Shown piece by piece: positions 1-11,199 of a stretch of DNA of 64,000 nucleotides. Position numbers and translations under genes: made by a program. Origin of the DNA: Takakia lepidozioides (lineage: Eukaryota > Plantae > Bryophyta); contig CM060732.1 in assembly GCA_030704615.1 (NCBI GenBank), positions 19,840,001 to 19,904,000 of the forward strand, read 5' to 3'. Each line of letters starts with the position of its first letter. Positions within the stretch are counted from its first letter, which is position 1. A model generated the notes under the pieces. That model was not told where the DNA came from, searched no databases, and saw only the letters and a list, made by a program, of their open reading frames with translations.

Positions 1-9
1 TTTGCCCCA

Positions 10-330
10 TCAATGATTTCTGGAATCCCTAAGGAGGAGTTTGTGCAGCTCGTTTATGCTCAATGCCGGTGCATGAATAAAGTCATCAATAGTCACGTTC
101 ATCCTCAACCTCTTCAGGTAAATGTAATACAGATGCTTGCACGGATAATACTTCGAACCCTTCTTTGCTTCCATCAGCGAGAAGTCCGTACAATTGCAAG
201 TCGGCTCCACTCCAATCGTAATTGTGTATACATCATCGCATGTTTGAACCGCCCACCTTGGAGCGAAAGGGCAAACTTCAACCTTTTGTTGGTGGACGGG
301 AGGACCTGCAGCGAGAGTACGACAGAATAG
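10..330 (-). pseudogene. SWIM zinc-finger coding fragment related to the C-terminus of the MULE transposases
   Basis: Frame of ORF 10..210 reads YTITIGVEPTCNCTDF...YYPCKHLYYIYLKRL...FIHAPALSINELHKLL, matching the CxC...CxH SWIM tail of the transposases at 4465-4650, 21015-21240 and 41787-42000. Upstream part frameshifted. Confidence 0.7.
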
Positions 331-1134
331 GCATTGGGAAGGTTGGTGCAGGCCTCATGGCACGTGAAGGGCGTGAGGAAGTGAGAACAGCAGATCCGGC
401 AATGGAGGTTGTTGATGCAGAAGCAGTAGGGCCCGTCCAAGCAAAGAAGAAGAAGAAAGCCAAGCACGTGTGATATATGTCAGATGTACTTCGCCGCCTG
501 CCAATACATGGCGGCCTTCTTGCATTCTTTCAAATTCGGAAGTGTCGTAGAAATCTAATGCTAGTTAGATTCGCCATAAATGTTATGCTTCACATATGCA
601 TCCACGTGTATCGTACTGCCTACCCTGTGGTTTGCATTTTGCCGTCATCGTCGCCATGGGGTCATTCGGTATAAAGGGTTGTGTCGGAAATGATCTTGTG
701 TTGCACACATCCGTGCGAGGTGACTCTTGGAGTGTCAGTGTTTGTGCTGTGCTCTTCTGGCACAACACAACCTCATTACATTCGGGGTCTTCCTGTTTAC
801 TGCTCTCCAGGGTTGTTGCCGTCTTTCCATAATGGATGGTTTCATGTCATGTTCAGGGTTTGTTTTTCATCCAAAAACAGCACGGCTTCTTGTGGCTTCT
901 TGTGGCTTCTTGTCTTTGAAAACAGTTTTTCTGGTTGGTGTCTCTCAGCGTGGTTGTCTGCGAAGTTCAGTGCATGTCATTCCTACATCCTTTTGATGCA
1001 TCGCCCGCAGCCTTTGGGTTAGTGCTACCCTTGTTGACCTCAATTTGTTTGTGGTGGATCCCCTTTCGAGAATTACGGGCTATCAGTTCGGGGATTCCGT
1101 TGTGAATCGCAACTTTCGGTCAGCGTAGGAAAAC

Positions 1135-4100
1135 ATGTCGAGGGAGCGAGATAGACTCGCCCGATTTCATTCCAATGCAGGTAGTCTTCCACTGACTACC
1201 ACTGCATACGACGATGGGTTTGCAGTTGTTCATGAGGATGAGCTGGTTACAGTGTTCCCACTGGAATTGGGTTCTCTGCTTATTCAAAAAGAGGTGTATG
1301 ACGAGGATGGGAATTTGGATTCTGGACACTTGGAGAAACCATTGGTTGGCGAGTGTGGAAGGAAGTGGAGAGTCCTTCTAGGCACATACCGTGACCTTGG
1401 AAAAGAGAGAAGACAATCAGCAGGATCAGTCATTACCCCTAGAACTGCAGCATCGGTCGTGCAGCAAAAGGGCACAGTTCATGTGAAACAAGAGGTGAGC
1501 ACATCCACTACATTCGTGACTCTTTCAGACTCATCCTCGGAGGATGTTTCTGAGATTCCTCCGCCAGTGCAGACTCCATTCTTGGATGATGACGAATTGC
1601 AAGAGATAACGAGTGTCATTCCAAAATTGAAAGCCCTCGCAGGGGTGCCTGGGTGCAAGAGCGAGCTGCGTTTTGTTGATTGGGAGTCCTTTCGTGTGCA
1701 GCGGGTTCAATACGTGCCAGCAGAGTTTGATGGGGACATCTTGTTTGAGCTCAACCCTCCCACGTCTTCCAATGGACTGGCTGGGCTTCTGCAGGGCATG
1801 GACAAGAAATATGACGGACACCCTTGGTGCAGGACAAAAACGTCGAACATCCACAACGACATTGGATTGAAATTTCGAAGGTCGGTTTGCGTTGGGCATT
1901 GCAAGTGCCTGAATATTTCTTGCACTCGGATGAGAAACAGCGCTCAACCAAACGAAAGTGAGTGGGAAGGTGTGCCCCTGAATCCTTTCACCCCAGGACT
2001 TGCCCCTCCCAAGACTAATACTTTTGTGTACAGGTTCTGCACACTTTCCCCGTCCTGTGTTTCTGTGTGCCACGCTCGTATGTACCAGGTGGCACACCGA
2101 TGCAAGACAATGACTCGTGCCTGCATTCATATGGGTGCACACGAGCATCCTATGTCCAAAGGAAGTTGCAGGGATAGCGTGGACATCGCTAGAAATATGC
2201 TGAAGCAGGAATTCCACAATGCCCCTTGTGCAACACCTTCTGCTATAGCGTTTGCAGCTAGCAAGGCTTTCCTGGAAAAACACATACTGGGTGAAGGGGA
2301 TTCGACACAACCAATGCTGGATGCAGATTCGCTTGATGCAGTGATGGACCATTTCTCCGTGTTGAGCTCTCCCAATATTCGAAACCAGGTGAATGCACTC
2401 AGAGTCGGCACAGGCACTGCTAGATTCATGGACAACATTATGGACCTCAAACGGAGAAGTCGCTATGAATTCATTCAAAACAGTATCTTCCCTCGCCAGG
2501 GCTCGTCCAAGGTGTATTTGTTCAAGATGTCCGTAGTGGGCGAAGGCAGTGGTGTGAGCATTGTCCGCCGAATGCAACCTGGAGGAGATTTGGCTAAATG
2601 TTGGTTGATGTTTGATCACTGCAAACGGGTGAAGGGTTGGACAACCATGGCATGCCATGTGTATGATCCAGCGTACCAGCGTGTGCTCTCAATAGCAATT
2701 TGTGATATGCAGTCGGAGGACACTGAATCCCAGATGCTCATGTGGAATTCGCTCCTGGCCGTCATGCAGCGCAATGGAATACAGAACACAAATTTTGCGG
2801 GCTTCATGGCTGATAGTGCACAAGCAAATTTCAATGCAGTGCGGCGCGTGTTTGGTTCGGGGGATCCTAAGGTCCCAATGGAAAATAGGGAGCGCACATG
2901 CCTCTTCCATTGGAGTCAATCTCTGGCACGTCATACAAAGCGCTGCATTCGCCCTGACCTTCAGTTGGAGCACAGAAGGCTCTGTCTCAAGTACAAAAAT
3001 GCCACCTCAATGGGAGAAGCTGAGAGCACTTACCAGGCAATCCGGGCTTGGTGGTTCTCCTCTGGTGCTGCTACTAGTATCTACTTGAAGGAGTTGGAGA
3101 CTGGTTGGTTTTCTGGCACTTCAGGTACAGACAGTGGGGAGCTTTCATGACGACGGTAAGCCTCTTCAATCCCAAAAACACAAATTTTGCATCGTGCCTG
3201 TTCATTTGGGGTTCTTGGATTGTCGCTTGCAGAACCTCTTCCATTTCCTTTCGTTCCTCACATTTCCATGCAATGCCTCCTGCAGGACATGTCCTTGGAG
3301 GACTTGGCCGACATGCCATCCTGTAATTTGGCGGAGACTGTTCACAACGCCTAGATGCAGCAATCTACCAAAGCAGGTCGTGACTTGTATGTGGCCACTG
3401 CTGATGACATGGTGCGGGCACTTACACAACAAACCAGGTACCGCAATTTTCTGATGGGACGGGGTGGAGGCAAGGGCCCCGGTATGGCTGCGAGTAGGTC
3501 TGGAGACCCATCGAAGATGGCCAGAGCTCTGAACAGGTGCACTGAAGGCTCCCCTTTGCAATCCAGGCTCCCTCATTTGGAAGGCGAGGAAAGATTTGGA
3601 TCATGCAAAAGGAAATTGAACACTCTTCCAGGGTCAGATGGAGATTCCCATCGCCCAGACAGGGTCAATTTCTCTGTGCCAAAGGTATCTCCAGTGCAGA
3701 GTAAGTCGTGTGCCAGCCCCTTCCCAAGTGGGTCCTCCTCCAGTGGAGCAGGTGCAGAACATGCAAGCACAGCAGCAGGAATCCCATTGGAGGAGGTGGT
3801 GGCCATGGTGCAGGAATCTGATTGCATTGATAGTGAGTGGCATATAGAACGCACCCCACCAGGATCTAGAGTTGCTTGCATGGCAATTCGGACCCCCTCT
3901 TTCAAGAAATGCAAATCAAAAATATGCAAAGGCTCCAGGGGGACTCCAACTCCAACATTCACAGGGTTGTTCCGACCTTATCATAGTGGGGAGTCAAAGG
4001 ACCACAAGTTCAAGTTCTGCCCAGACGATATGGCACGATGCGTCAAGGGAACAGTTCGTCCTTTGGTGATAATGAAACCCCCTCCCCCCGCAATTTGGCC

Positions 4101-4680
4101 TGTGAAACTTGGGACGTCGCTGTCAACAACCGAGATAAGCATGCTGGAGGAGGGAGGGTTTTGTCTTGCATGGTCCCGGGTGGTGCCCTTGTGCACCGTC
4201 GGCACAGATGTGCCACATGCTCCGGCAATGCCTCTACCCGGTGCCGACTCCCACCCAACAAAAAAAGATGGAAAAACAGTGCGCCGTGTCGCTTCGGGTG
4301 CAGATCACGAATGCAAGATGGAATCGGCTAGAATTTTGCAGGCTCGGGTGGCTCGTATCACCGAAGTCCCTGCCCCGAGGTATGGACGGATTTACACAGT
4401 GCTGTCTATTGGCTCAGTTCTTCATGGCAAAGAATATCAGGTTACCGTGGGGAATTTCCCTACTTGCACTTGTCCGGATTTTGTAACGATGCGTGAGGGC
4501 GCTCTCGGCATGAGAGGGAAGTGGGTCCCCTGCAAGCATCAATATTACATATACCTTGTAATTATGTGTTGCGACAGTAAGAGAGACCAATTCATTCACC
4601 AAGCCACACTAGGCTACGAAGAAGTCATCACCCTTCTGCAGCGGGACACCTCACGTAGGGCTCCGCCAAATTCTCTTTGA
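1135..4680 (+). pseudogene. MULE transposase (GCM-like Zn domain, DDE core, SWIM), 2 exons, intron ~3156-3285
   Basis: Motifs LMFDHCKRV (D), FMADSAQAN (D), CLFHW (CxxH), CNLAETVHNA (E), SWIM CTCPDF..CKH. GT-AG intron at the same position in copies 1-3. Frameshift near 3103 and TGG>TAG stop at 3352-3354. Confidence 0.85.
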
Positions 4681-5066
4681 ACACATACGAGCCATGCCCG
4701 CTTCCCACGCTGGTTTCCAGGTTACCTTGTGAAGACTTTGCATTTAGGACAAACACATACATTTTGTTCACGGAACCAGGGCAAATGCACATGCCATGCA
4801 TTGTAAGCGTCTATCTGTGAATTGAAATAAAGTGTGTCAATCATTCTGAGCTCAATTCTGCCATATTTTCATATTCCTCTTTTTGTGCAGGCATTGCAGA
4901 CATGGTGCATGGTGGCCCCCTTTGTTTTGTCCACGGTAATAGGCCCTCTTCTTGCAATCCTCGCCTATAGGACCTGCTTCTCCAGCAGATTTGTGCCGCT
5001 CACGCTTTGCAGCTACAACGTGAGCTCAGCTCCCAGGCTCACAGGGCTGGGCTCACGCCGTAGCTA
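1135..5066 (+). mobile_element. Mutator-like (MULE) DNA transposon, copy 1; left boundary not determined
   Basis: Contains the transposase gene. The reverse complement of the right end (TAGCTACGGCGTGAGCCCAGCC...) matches the end of copy 3 at 39868 (CAGCTACGGCGTGAGCCTAGCC...). Confidence 0.75.
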
Positions 5067-5074
5067 CGCTGGAC

Positions 5075-5345
5075 ATAGAAGAGGGAGAGAGAGAGTGAGG
5101 GAGAGGGATTAGGGCAAGAGGGAGAGTGAGAGAGTGAGGGCGCGCGCGAGTTTGAACGTTGTGGCGCGTCAGTGTTGCGTCACCGCCGCCGGAAAACGCT
5201 CCGGCGCGCGGGGTAGTTGCGCCTGGGAGAGCTCGAGAGCAAAAAAAAACAAAGTAGGGATGGAGGGAGGGGAGGGAGGAAGAGTGAGAGGAGGAGGGTG
5301 AGGGAGAGAGAGATCAGATAGAGAGATTGAGAGGGGGAGTGAGAG
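5075..5345. repeat. GA-rich microsatellite tracts flanking a GC-rich segment
   Basis: (GA)n/GGGA runs at ~5075-5140 and ~5255-5345. Confidence 0.6.
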
Positions 5346-6076
5346 GCGGTCGGTGCAGCCGCGGCGCGCCAGTGTGGCGACCCCACCGGAAAACCTTGGC
5401 GGCGATCAGGCGCCTTCACGAAGGGGAGAGAGAATGGGAGTGTCGAGCGGCTTTTACTCACCCATCCCTTTGCTATCCAAGGTGGGAACTCCAAGATAGA
5501 AGAGTTGGAAATCTCTAAGCACTCAGCCCGCTCAGAACAATCAGTCATGACCTACAGCTAGTGTATCATGGGGGTGTTTCCTATTTGTACTCCTTCCCAC
5601 ATTCATGTTAGCGAGTTACCTTACTATCTGCAATTAAGTATCAGTTTGCTTTGGAAATCTATCAAGTTCCATCCATTCATTCCACAGCTTCACTCAGGTC
5701 TCTCTACACAGTGTGAGTATGAAGTATGTATCAGATTAATATCTATCAAGTATCAGGCTGAAGCCATGGTATCTCTAATCTACTCTACATTACAATTCTA
5801 CAGCTTGCATTCATCAAGTAACAACAGATCGTCACTTCTCCTACTCCGTGCTCTTCATCTTTCCACTCAAAGATGTGCTCTCCCCTCTATTTCCAAGCCC
5901 CGATGCCAGAAGTCCCCTCCCAAGAAGTGATCCCCCGACCTCCCCGCTCTTCGTTTTTTCTACCTCCAAGCTGTTCTAACCACTTTCCTAACTAACTGTC
6001 ATCCCTGTAGTACACGTTCCTTTTTCAGATGTCGTTCCCCCACCATCGTTCCCTGCCAATGATAACTGTTCCCCAG

Positions 6077-6421
6077 CTGTGCCGAGCTGTGACTGGCTGT
6101 ATCAGGCTGTGGCGGGCTGTGACTGACTGTGTCGGGCTGTGTAGGGCTGTGCGAAGCTGTGGCGGCTGTATCGGGCTGTGACTGGTTGTGTTGGGCTATG
6201 TCGACTGTGCAAAGCTATGACGGTTGTGTCTGACTGTGTCGGCTGTGTCGGCTGTGTCGGACTGTGACGGGCTGTGTTGGCTGTGCGAAGCTGTGACGGG
6301 CTGTGTTGACTGTGACTGGCTGTGTTGGAATGTGACAGGCTGTGACGGCTGTGTTGGTTGTGCAAAGCTGTGACGGGCTGTGTTGACTGTGACTGGCTGT
6401 GTTAGACTGTGACGGGCTGTG
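6077..6421. repeat. Tandem GGCTGTG-core minisatellite at the start of the probable 3' LTR
   Basis: Repeated GGCTGTGTCG/GACTGTGAC/GGCTGTGTTG units. Confidence 0.85.
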
Positions 6422-6583
6422 TATCTCCCCCCTAAAGCCTGTTGTTGTCACCCCTAAGGCTCCTGTTGGTCTCAGTTTGTGTAAAAATTAAGGGTACCCC
6501 ATAGATCCCGTAAAAACGTCTAAGTCCCAAGCAGCCCTCTAACATTTACCCCTCCTCCTCTCAAAAAGCCGTGTCCTCACGGT

Positions 6584-9500
6584 TTACTGTTTGGGATTAG
6601 CAAACCTTTGTGAGCGAGCACCCTTGTGACGTTGAGAGTCTCGTGAAGGACTCTGTGTGCAAGCCCGTGTCCTGTCACTGGTTGAGGGAGATGATTGAGC
6701 ACTACCTGGAAATGTCAGTCCTTCCTTTGGCTGATATCGAGGTAATCTTTCAGGCATAGGAGACCCCCGTCGCTTCTTCTCGGCCATCTGAATTGCATAG
6801 TCCTCTGCCATGTCAAAAGAGTCCCCTGAAGAAACAGTTGTATCAGAATCCTCGTCCCCTCTAAGGTGTTTTAATGGTCGAACTCTAACTGGAATCCGTT
6901 CGGGCATACAATGTGTTCCCACCATGTCTGGAAGTTTAAACCGTAAAACTTGTTGTAAGCGCTGAATTGCAAAATTGGTGAAGACCCTGAACTCCTTATC
7001 TGTCCAGGTGAGTGGTGTACCAATGACTTGTGAATTGTGCAAGTTTTTCCATGCCTGATGGCCCTTAAAGAAAATATCGTCAGGCCCGAATTTCTGTGTT
7101 GACAAATTGTTCCAGGCCGCATGAAACCATGAACAAAGTTGGGAATCCTTTTGCATCATCACCTTTGCATCATAGAGGTACATATGAGGTGGCACTGAAG
7201 GTAAGACCCAATGATCCCCACTGGAATAACTCAGAAATCGCGATTGCATTTTCTGCTGCTCAATGTGATAACGTGCCAGAAAACAAACAGCATAGTATAA
7301 CCCGCATCCCATGACAATACTTGCTACCTCCTTGGTCTTGGTATAAATGAATCCATGTACTACTTGGAAGGCAATCAATTCCTTCAACATGGTACTTGCC
7401 TCATGCCAGTACCTCGCAAAGTGATGATCCTCAATGGGTCGATTGTTCGGAAGAACCTTAGTCCTAGTTGCCACTGGCAGCCAAATGCGCATGACTTGGT
7501 AGTAATGTGCCAACGACTACGGAGGACTAAATTCCTTCCAAGCCAAATCCAACACAATTGGAATTTGGTTGAAGGGCATAATCATAGCCCGACTGTACTC
7601 CCGTGCAGCATGAGTTTTAGGTGGGTTGAAAGCAGCATCCCCCCATACCTCAGGTTGTGGCGGCTGTGGTGTGGCTGTAGTAACAATTGGGTCAGCTACT
7701 GGCACAGTCACTTGTTGTGGTATTGGTAGCACTGGCTCTTGTACCACTGGCATCTCCTGCAACCCCTCCGAAGAAAATTGAAAAGCTAGAGTTCTGGCTT
7801 GTAAATAAGAAGCCATCAGCTGCTCCTCAGATACAAAGACTCTCTTGTCGATATTTGAAGTGAGGTCCTCCACCTGAGTTTGCAGGCCGTCTACATCCTC
7901 CTGTAACTCCGCTATCCTACTATACACACTGTCTATAGTAGTTGTGGCAATGTTCTGCACCTGCAGTCTGAGCTCATTCATCTCGCCTTGGGTGAGCTTC
8001 CGCGGTGCTTTGCCTTCCACCGGTCCTTGTGCTAACCAGACCTGCAGAAGGTGGTTATCCACCAAGTTGGTTGTGGTACCTCTGAGAGTCTGCTCCTCTC
8101 TGAGTTTGTACATATCTAACTGCTGTTGTAAAGCCTCCATGCGCTTCGCATGAGGTTCAACCAAACTCGCAGAGGCAGCAAGCAGATTATTGGCTTCCTT
8201 CCAAGCCTTGTTAGTGACAGAGAGTTCATTTCTATTGGCCATGACCGTTTGTTGCAATTCCAGAATGTACCTCTCTTGGTCAGCTTCAACCTGCCTGTAT
8301 TGCTTGAAAGTATTCTCATTGCGACAGATTGTATTCTTCATATCAATAATGAGTTTTGTCTGCTCGACGTTATCTGCCTGTGCCTTTATACATCTTTCCG
8401 CTTGGCTATTAACTTCTAATGTAGTTTGCTCAAGCGTAGTTGTGAGTGTAGCACATTGTATGGCCATCCTGTCATGCACTGTCTGCAACTCCGTATGTAG
8501 TGCATTCACTTTTTGCAACTTGTTCTCATGCTTCACCTACATTTGGTATAGCTGTTGCTTATGTGCTTCGTGCAACTGGTCCTGCGCGAGGCCTGCCTCA
8601 ATCAATTGTTCCTTGGCCAATTGCAAAGCAGCTTTTGTACCCTCTAAGTCTTGCTGTATCTTGAGAGTGACCGCCTCATCAACCTTGTTTGCACACTCAG
8701 TAGCAAGTCGAGCCTCAAACTCCTTCTTGAGTTCCTCCCTCAAAGCTGCCAATTGGATAGATGGAACATGGGATTTGACATAAGTGCCCAACAAATTAAG
8801 TGTCCTGCTTATGGAACTCATAAGCATGGTCTGTTGAGGGTCATCATGGTGAGCTTGCTGCTGTTCTCCCTGATCCTCAACAGTGTGATGCCTCACGAAC
8901 CATTCAGGCCATTGCCCCACCAGATTTTCTTCCTGAACCACCTCATCCGTCACAGGTGCTGCAGTGTCTTGACATTCTACCTGTGGTACCTCCGTCACAG
9001 GTGTGGGTATTACATGCACAGCAGGATTTCCCCTGGACAACCACTGCACCTCTGGAATCATTGTTTCCCTGACCAAGCTAGAGTTTTCATAGAGAAGGTC
9101 CCCCTTCTCAATTTCTGCCACCACCTGTTCTGTAGTGGGGATATCTAACCCTTCTTTCTCCAAATCAATTATTTGTGGTGGAACTGCATGGACAACTTGT
9201 GGTAACTCTGTGACAAGCCGATCATCTGGCTGTGATGGTTGTGATACTGAAGTAACCTCATGTTCTCTCTCCACAGGTTGCGTTGTCTGTACCCACATTT
9301 CTCTGTGCTGCTGTGCCCCCTCTTGCACAAGAGTATGAGTAACTTCTTCCTTTGTCTGTCTCGTAGCCAATGGTTCTGCTTCTAATGTGATCCCTTTCCT
9401 CTGCCTCTTAGGCTGTTGATGCTCTGCCAATCCCCCTTCACCCTGTGAAGAACCTTGCTCTTCTATGGCAGTGGTTGCTGTCTCAAACACTCTCATCTCC

Positions 9501-10002
9501 TTCATTTCTCTCGCATCAAGTATGCACGAGTCTAGAATAATTTGTGCAATGATTGGCCCAGACACTATGATAGGAGACTTTGCGGCAGTGCCTTGTAATC
9601 TCTTCATCTCCTCTACCAGTCCGTTGTACATTATGTCCGCCCATGCTACCTCTTCTCCTCTCAGGGCTTTGAATATTTCCTCTGTGAAGGATCTGCTCAA
9701 ATACTGTTGGTTCTGTTTCATGGCAAACAAAACGTTCAGTATCTAGCCTACCTCCCTTAGCCCTGGGTACACGGAGTTTTAAAGAAACTCCCTTCTTGGA
9801 ATAAGTCCCCTATTTGCAGTCTTGCCCTGTGCTCCTCCACATGCACCTGACCTGATGGCAATTCAAACAATTGCTGTAGGTATAGGGGAGTAACTTCTAA
9901 TTCAACTCCCTTCACCGTTGTTGCTCCTGTCCTAGGCTCAAAGTTCTGCAAGAATTGTAACATGTACTGCCTATGGTGCAATGTCCAATCTTTGCTTTGC
10001 AA
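6584..10002 (-). pseudogene. Extra sense-strand ORF of the Gypsy element (~1100 codons, coiled-coil rich)
   Basis: ORFs 8537-9730, 7517-8536 and 6584-7513 are in one frame, separated by single TAG codons; 9757-10002 joins by a frameshift. The N-terminus (VKGVELEVTP..LFELP..GEEVAWADIMY..GPIIAQII) resembles plant retrotransposon accessory-ORF domains. Confidence 0.65.
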
Positions 10003-10829
10003 TCCTTCTAATCACAGCTCCTTCAGTAATTGTACCGCCTGTGGAGTATGAATCGTTTGTTTCTGCAGGATTGTGGTGCTCTTCACCTTGATTTCTTCCA
10101 TTCCTCTCACTCTCTTCATTCTAGACAAACAGACAGGTTTTGGTTGCAACAATTGAAGAAATGCCTACAGGGCACAAAGCATAAACGTATGGTTGTTACA
10201 AAATGCTATGGGTAATTTCTTGTAAGCCTGTGGGGCTTGCAAGCAACGATTAAGAGAAAAGATTCGCTCTGTTCTTCCGTCCCTATGCCACTGCGTAAGT
10301 AATATTGCGAGCGTATAGTCTGTTAGTTCCTCCATAGCTATAAAGCTATAGCATTGATGGTTTGTCCCATCGAGACGCCCGTTACTAGGAACGACGCCGA
10401 CTCTTGCGCTTAAAATCCCTCCAATTTCTTGATCCTGCTTCTGGCTTATGATTGGCTGTAACCGCTGTGACTGGATTTTAGATTTAATTTTCTTTAGTGG
10501 ACTTTCCCTGCTGGACTGTCCACTAGGATAACACATGTGACAAGAATTTCACTTTTCTGTACTTGCCGTTTGTTCCGTTACCCTTTTTCCGTATTCATTA
10601 ATGGGCCTGCCATTCATCCGAATTGACGTGCTAAGTAGGTACTTTGACGGCCACTCTTGTCCTCTTTCTTGATGACACCTGTTCTTGCACTTCCTTCTCA
10701 GCTGTGTGTCGCGCCCTGACTTCCACGTGTCCATTTCTAAACTGGCTTCCGTCCTTTCTTCCGCCGACCATTTCCCTGAAGTTATCCTGCGTCCACCTGT
10801 CACTGATTCTATGGATTGTGTAACCCCAG

Positions 10830-11105
10830 TAGGCTGTGTTGAGCTGTGAGAGGCTGTGTCATACTGTGGTACGCTGTGATAGGCTGTGTTGCACCGTGGT
10901 AAGCTGTGATAGGCTGTGATAGGCTGTGACACGTTGTGGTAGGTTGTGATAGGCTGTGTGACACTGTGATGGGCTGTGATAGGCCGTGCCGCGCCGTGAT
11001 GGGCTGTGATAGGTTGTGCCACACCGTGATGGGCTGTGATAGGCTGTGTCGCGCCGTGATGGGCTGTGATAGGCTGTGCCACACTGTGATGTGATAGGCT
11101 GTGTC
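10830..11105. repeat. ~30-bp tandem repeat just after integrase
   Basis: Units like GGCTGTGTCGCGCCGTGATGGGCTGTGATA; produces the periodic AQPITAHHG translation. Confidence 0.85.
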
Positions 11106-11199
11106 ACGCTTGTACTGCCCGTCCTGGTCATATACGCTCGGCCTAGTGACAAGTGCTCCATACTCCGTTGGTATCACTGGCGCAGCCCGTGACTGCTTC

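Noticed and set aside
1531-2658. 375-aa minus-strand ORF and similar long antisense ORFs over transposase, PPR and pol genes
   Set aside because: Shadow frames of real coding sequence, with no recognisable motifs.
10549-11161. Periodic ORFs (AQPITAHHG..., also 6102-6451)
   Set aside because: Translations of minisatellites, not genes.
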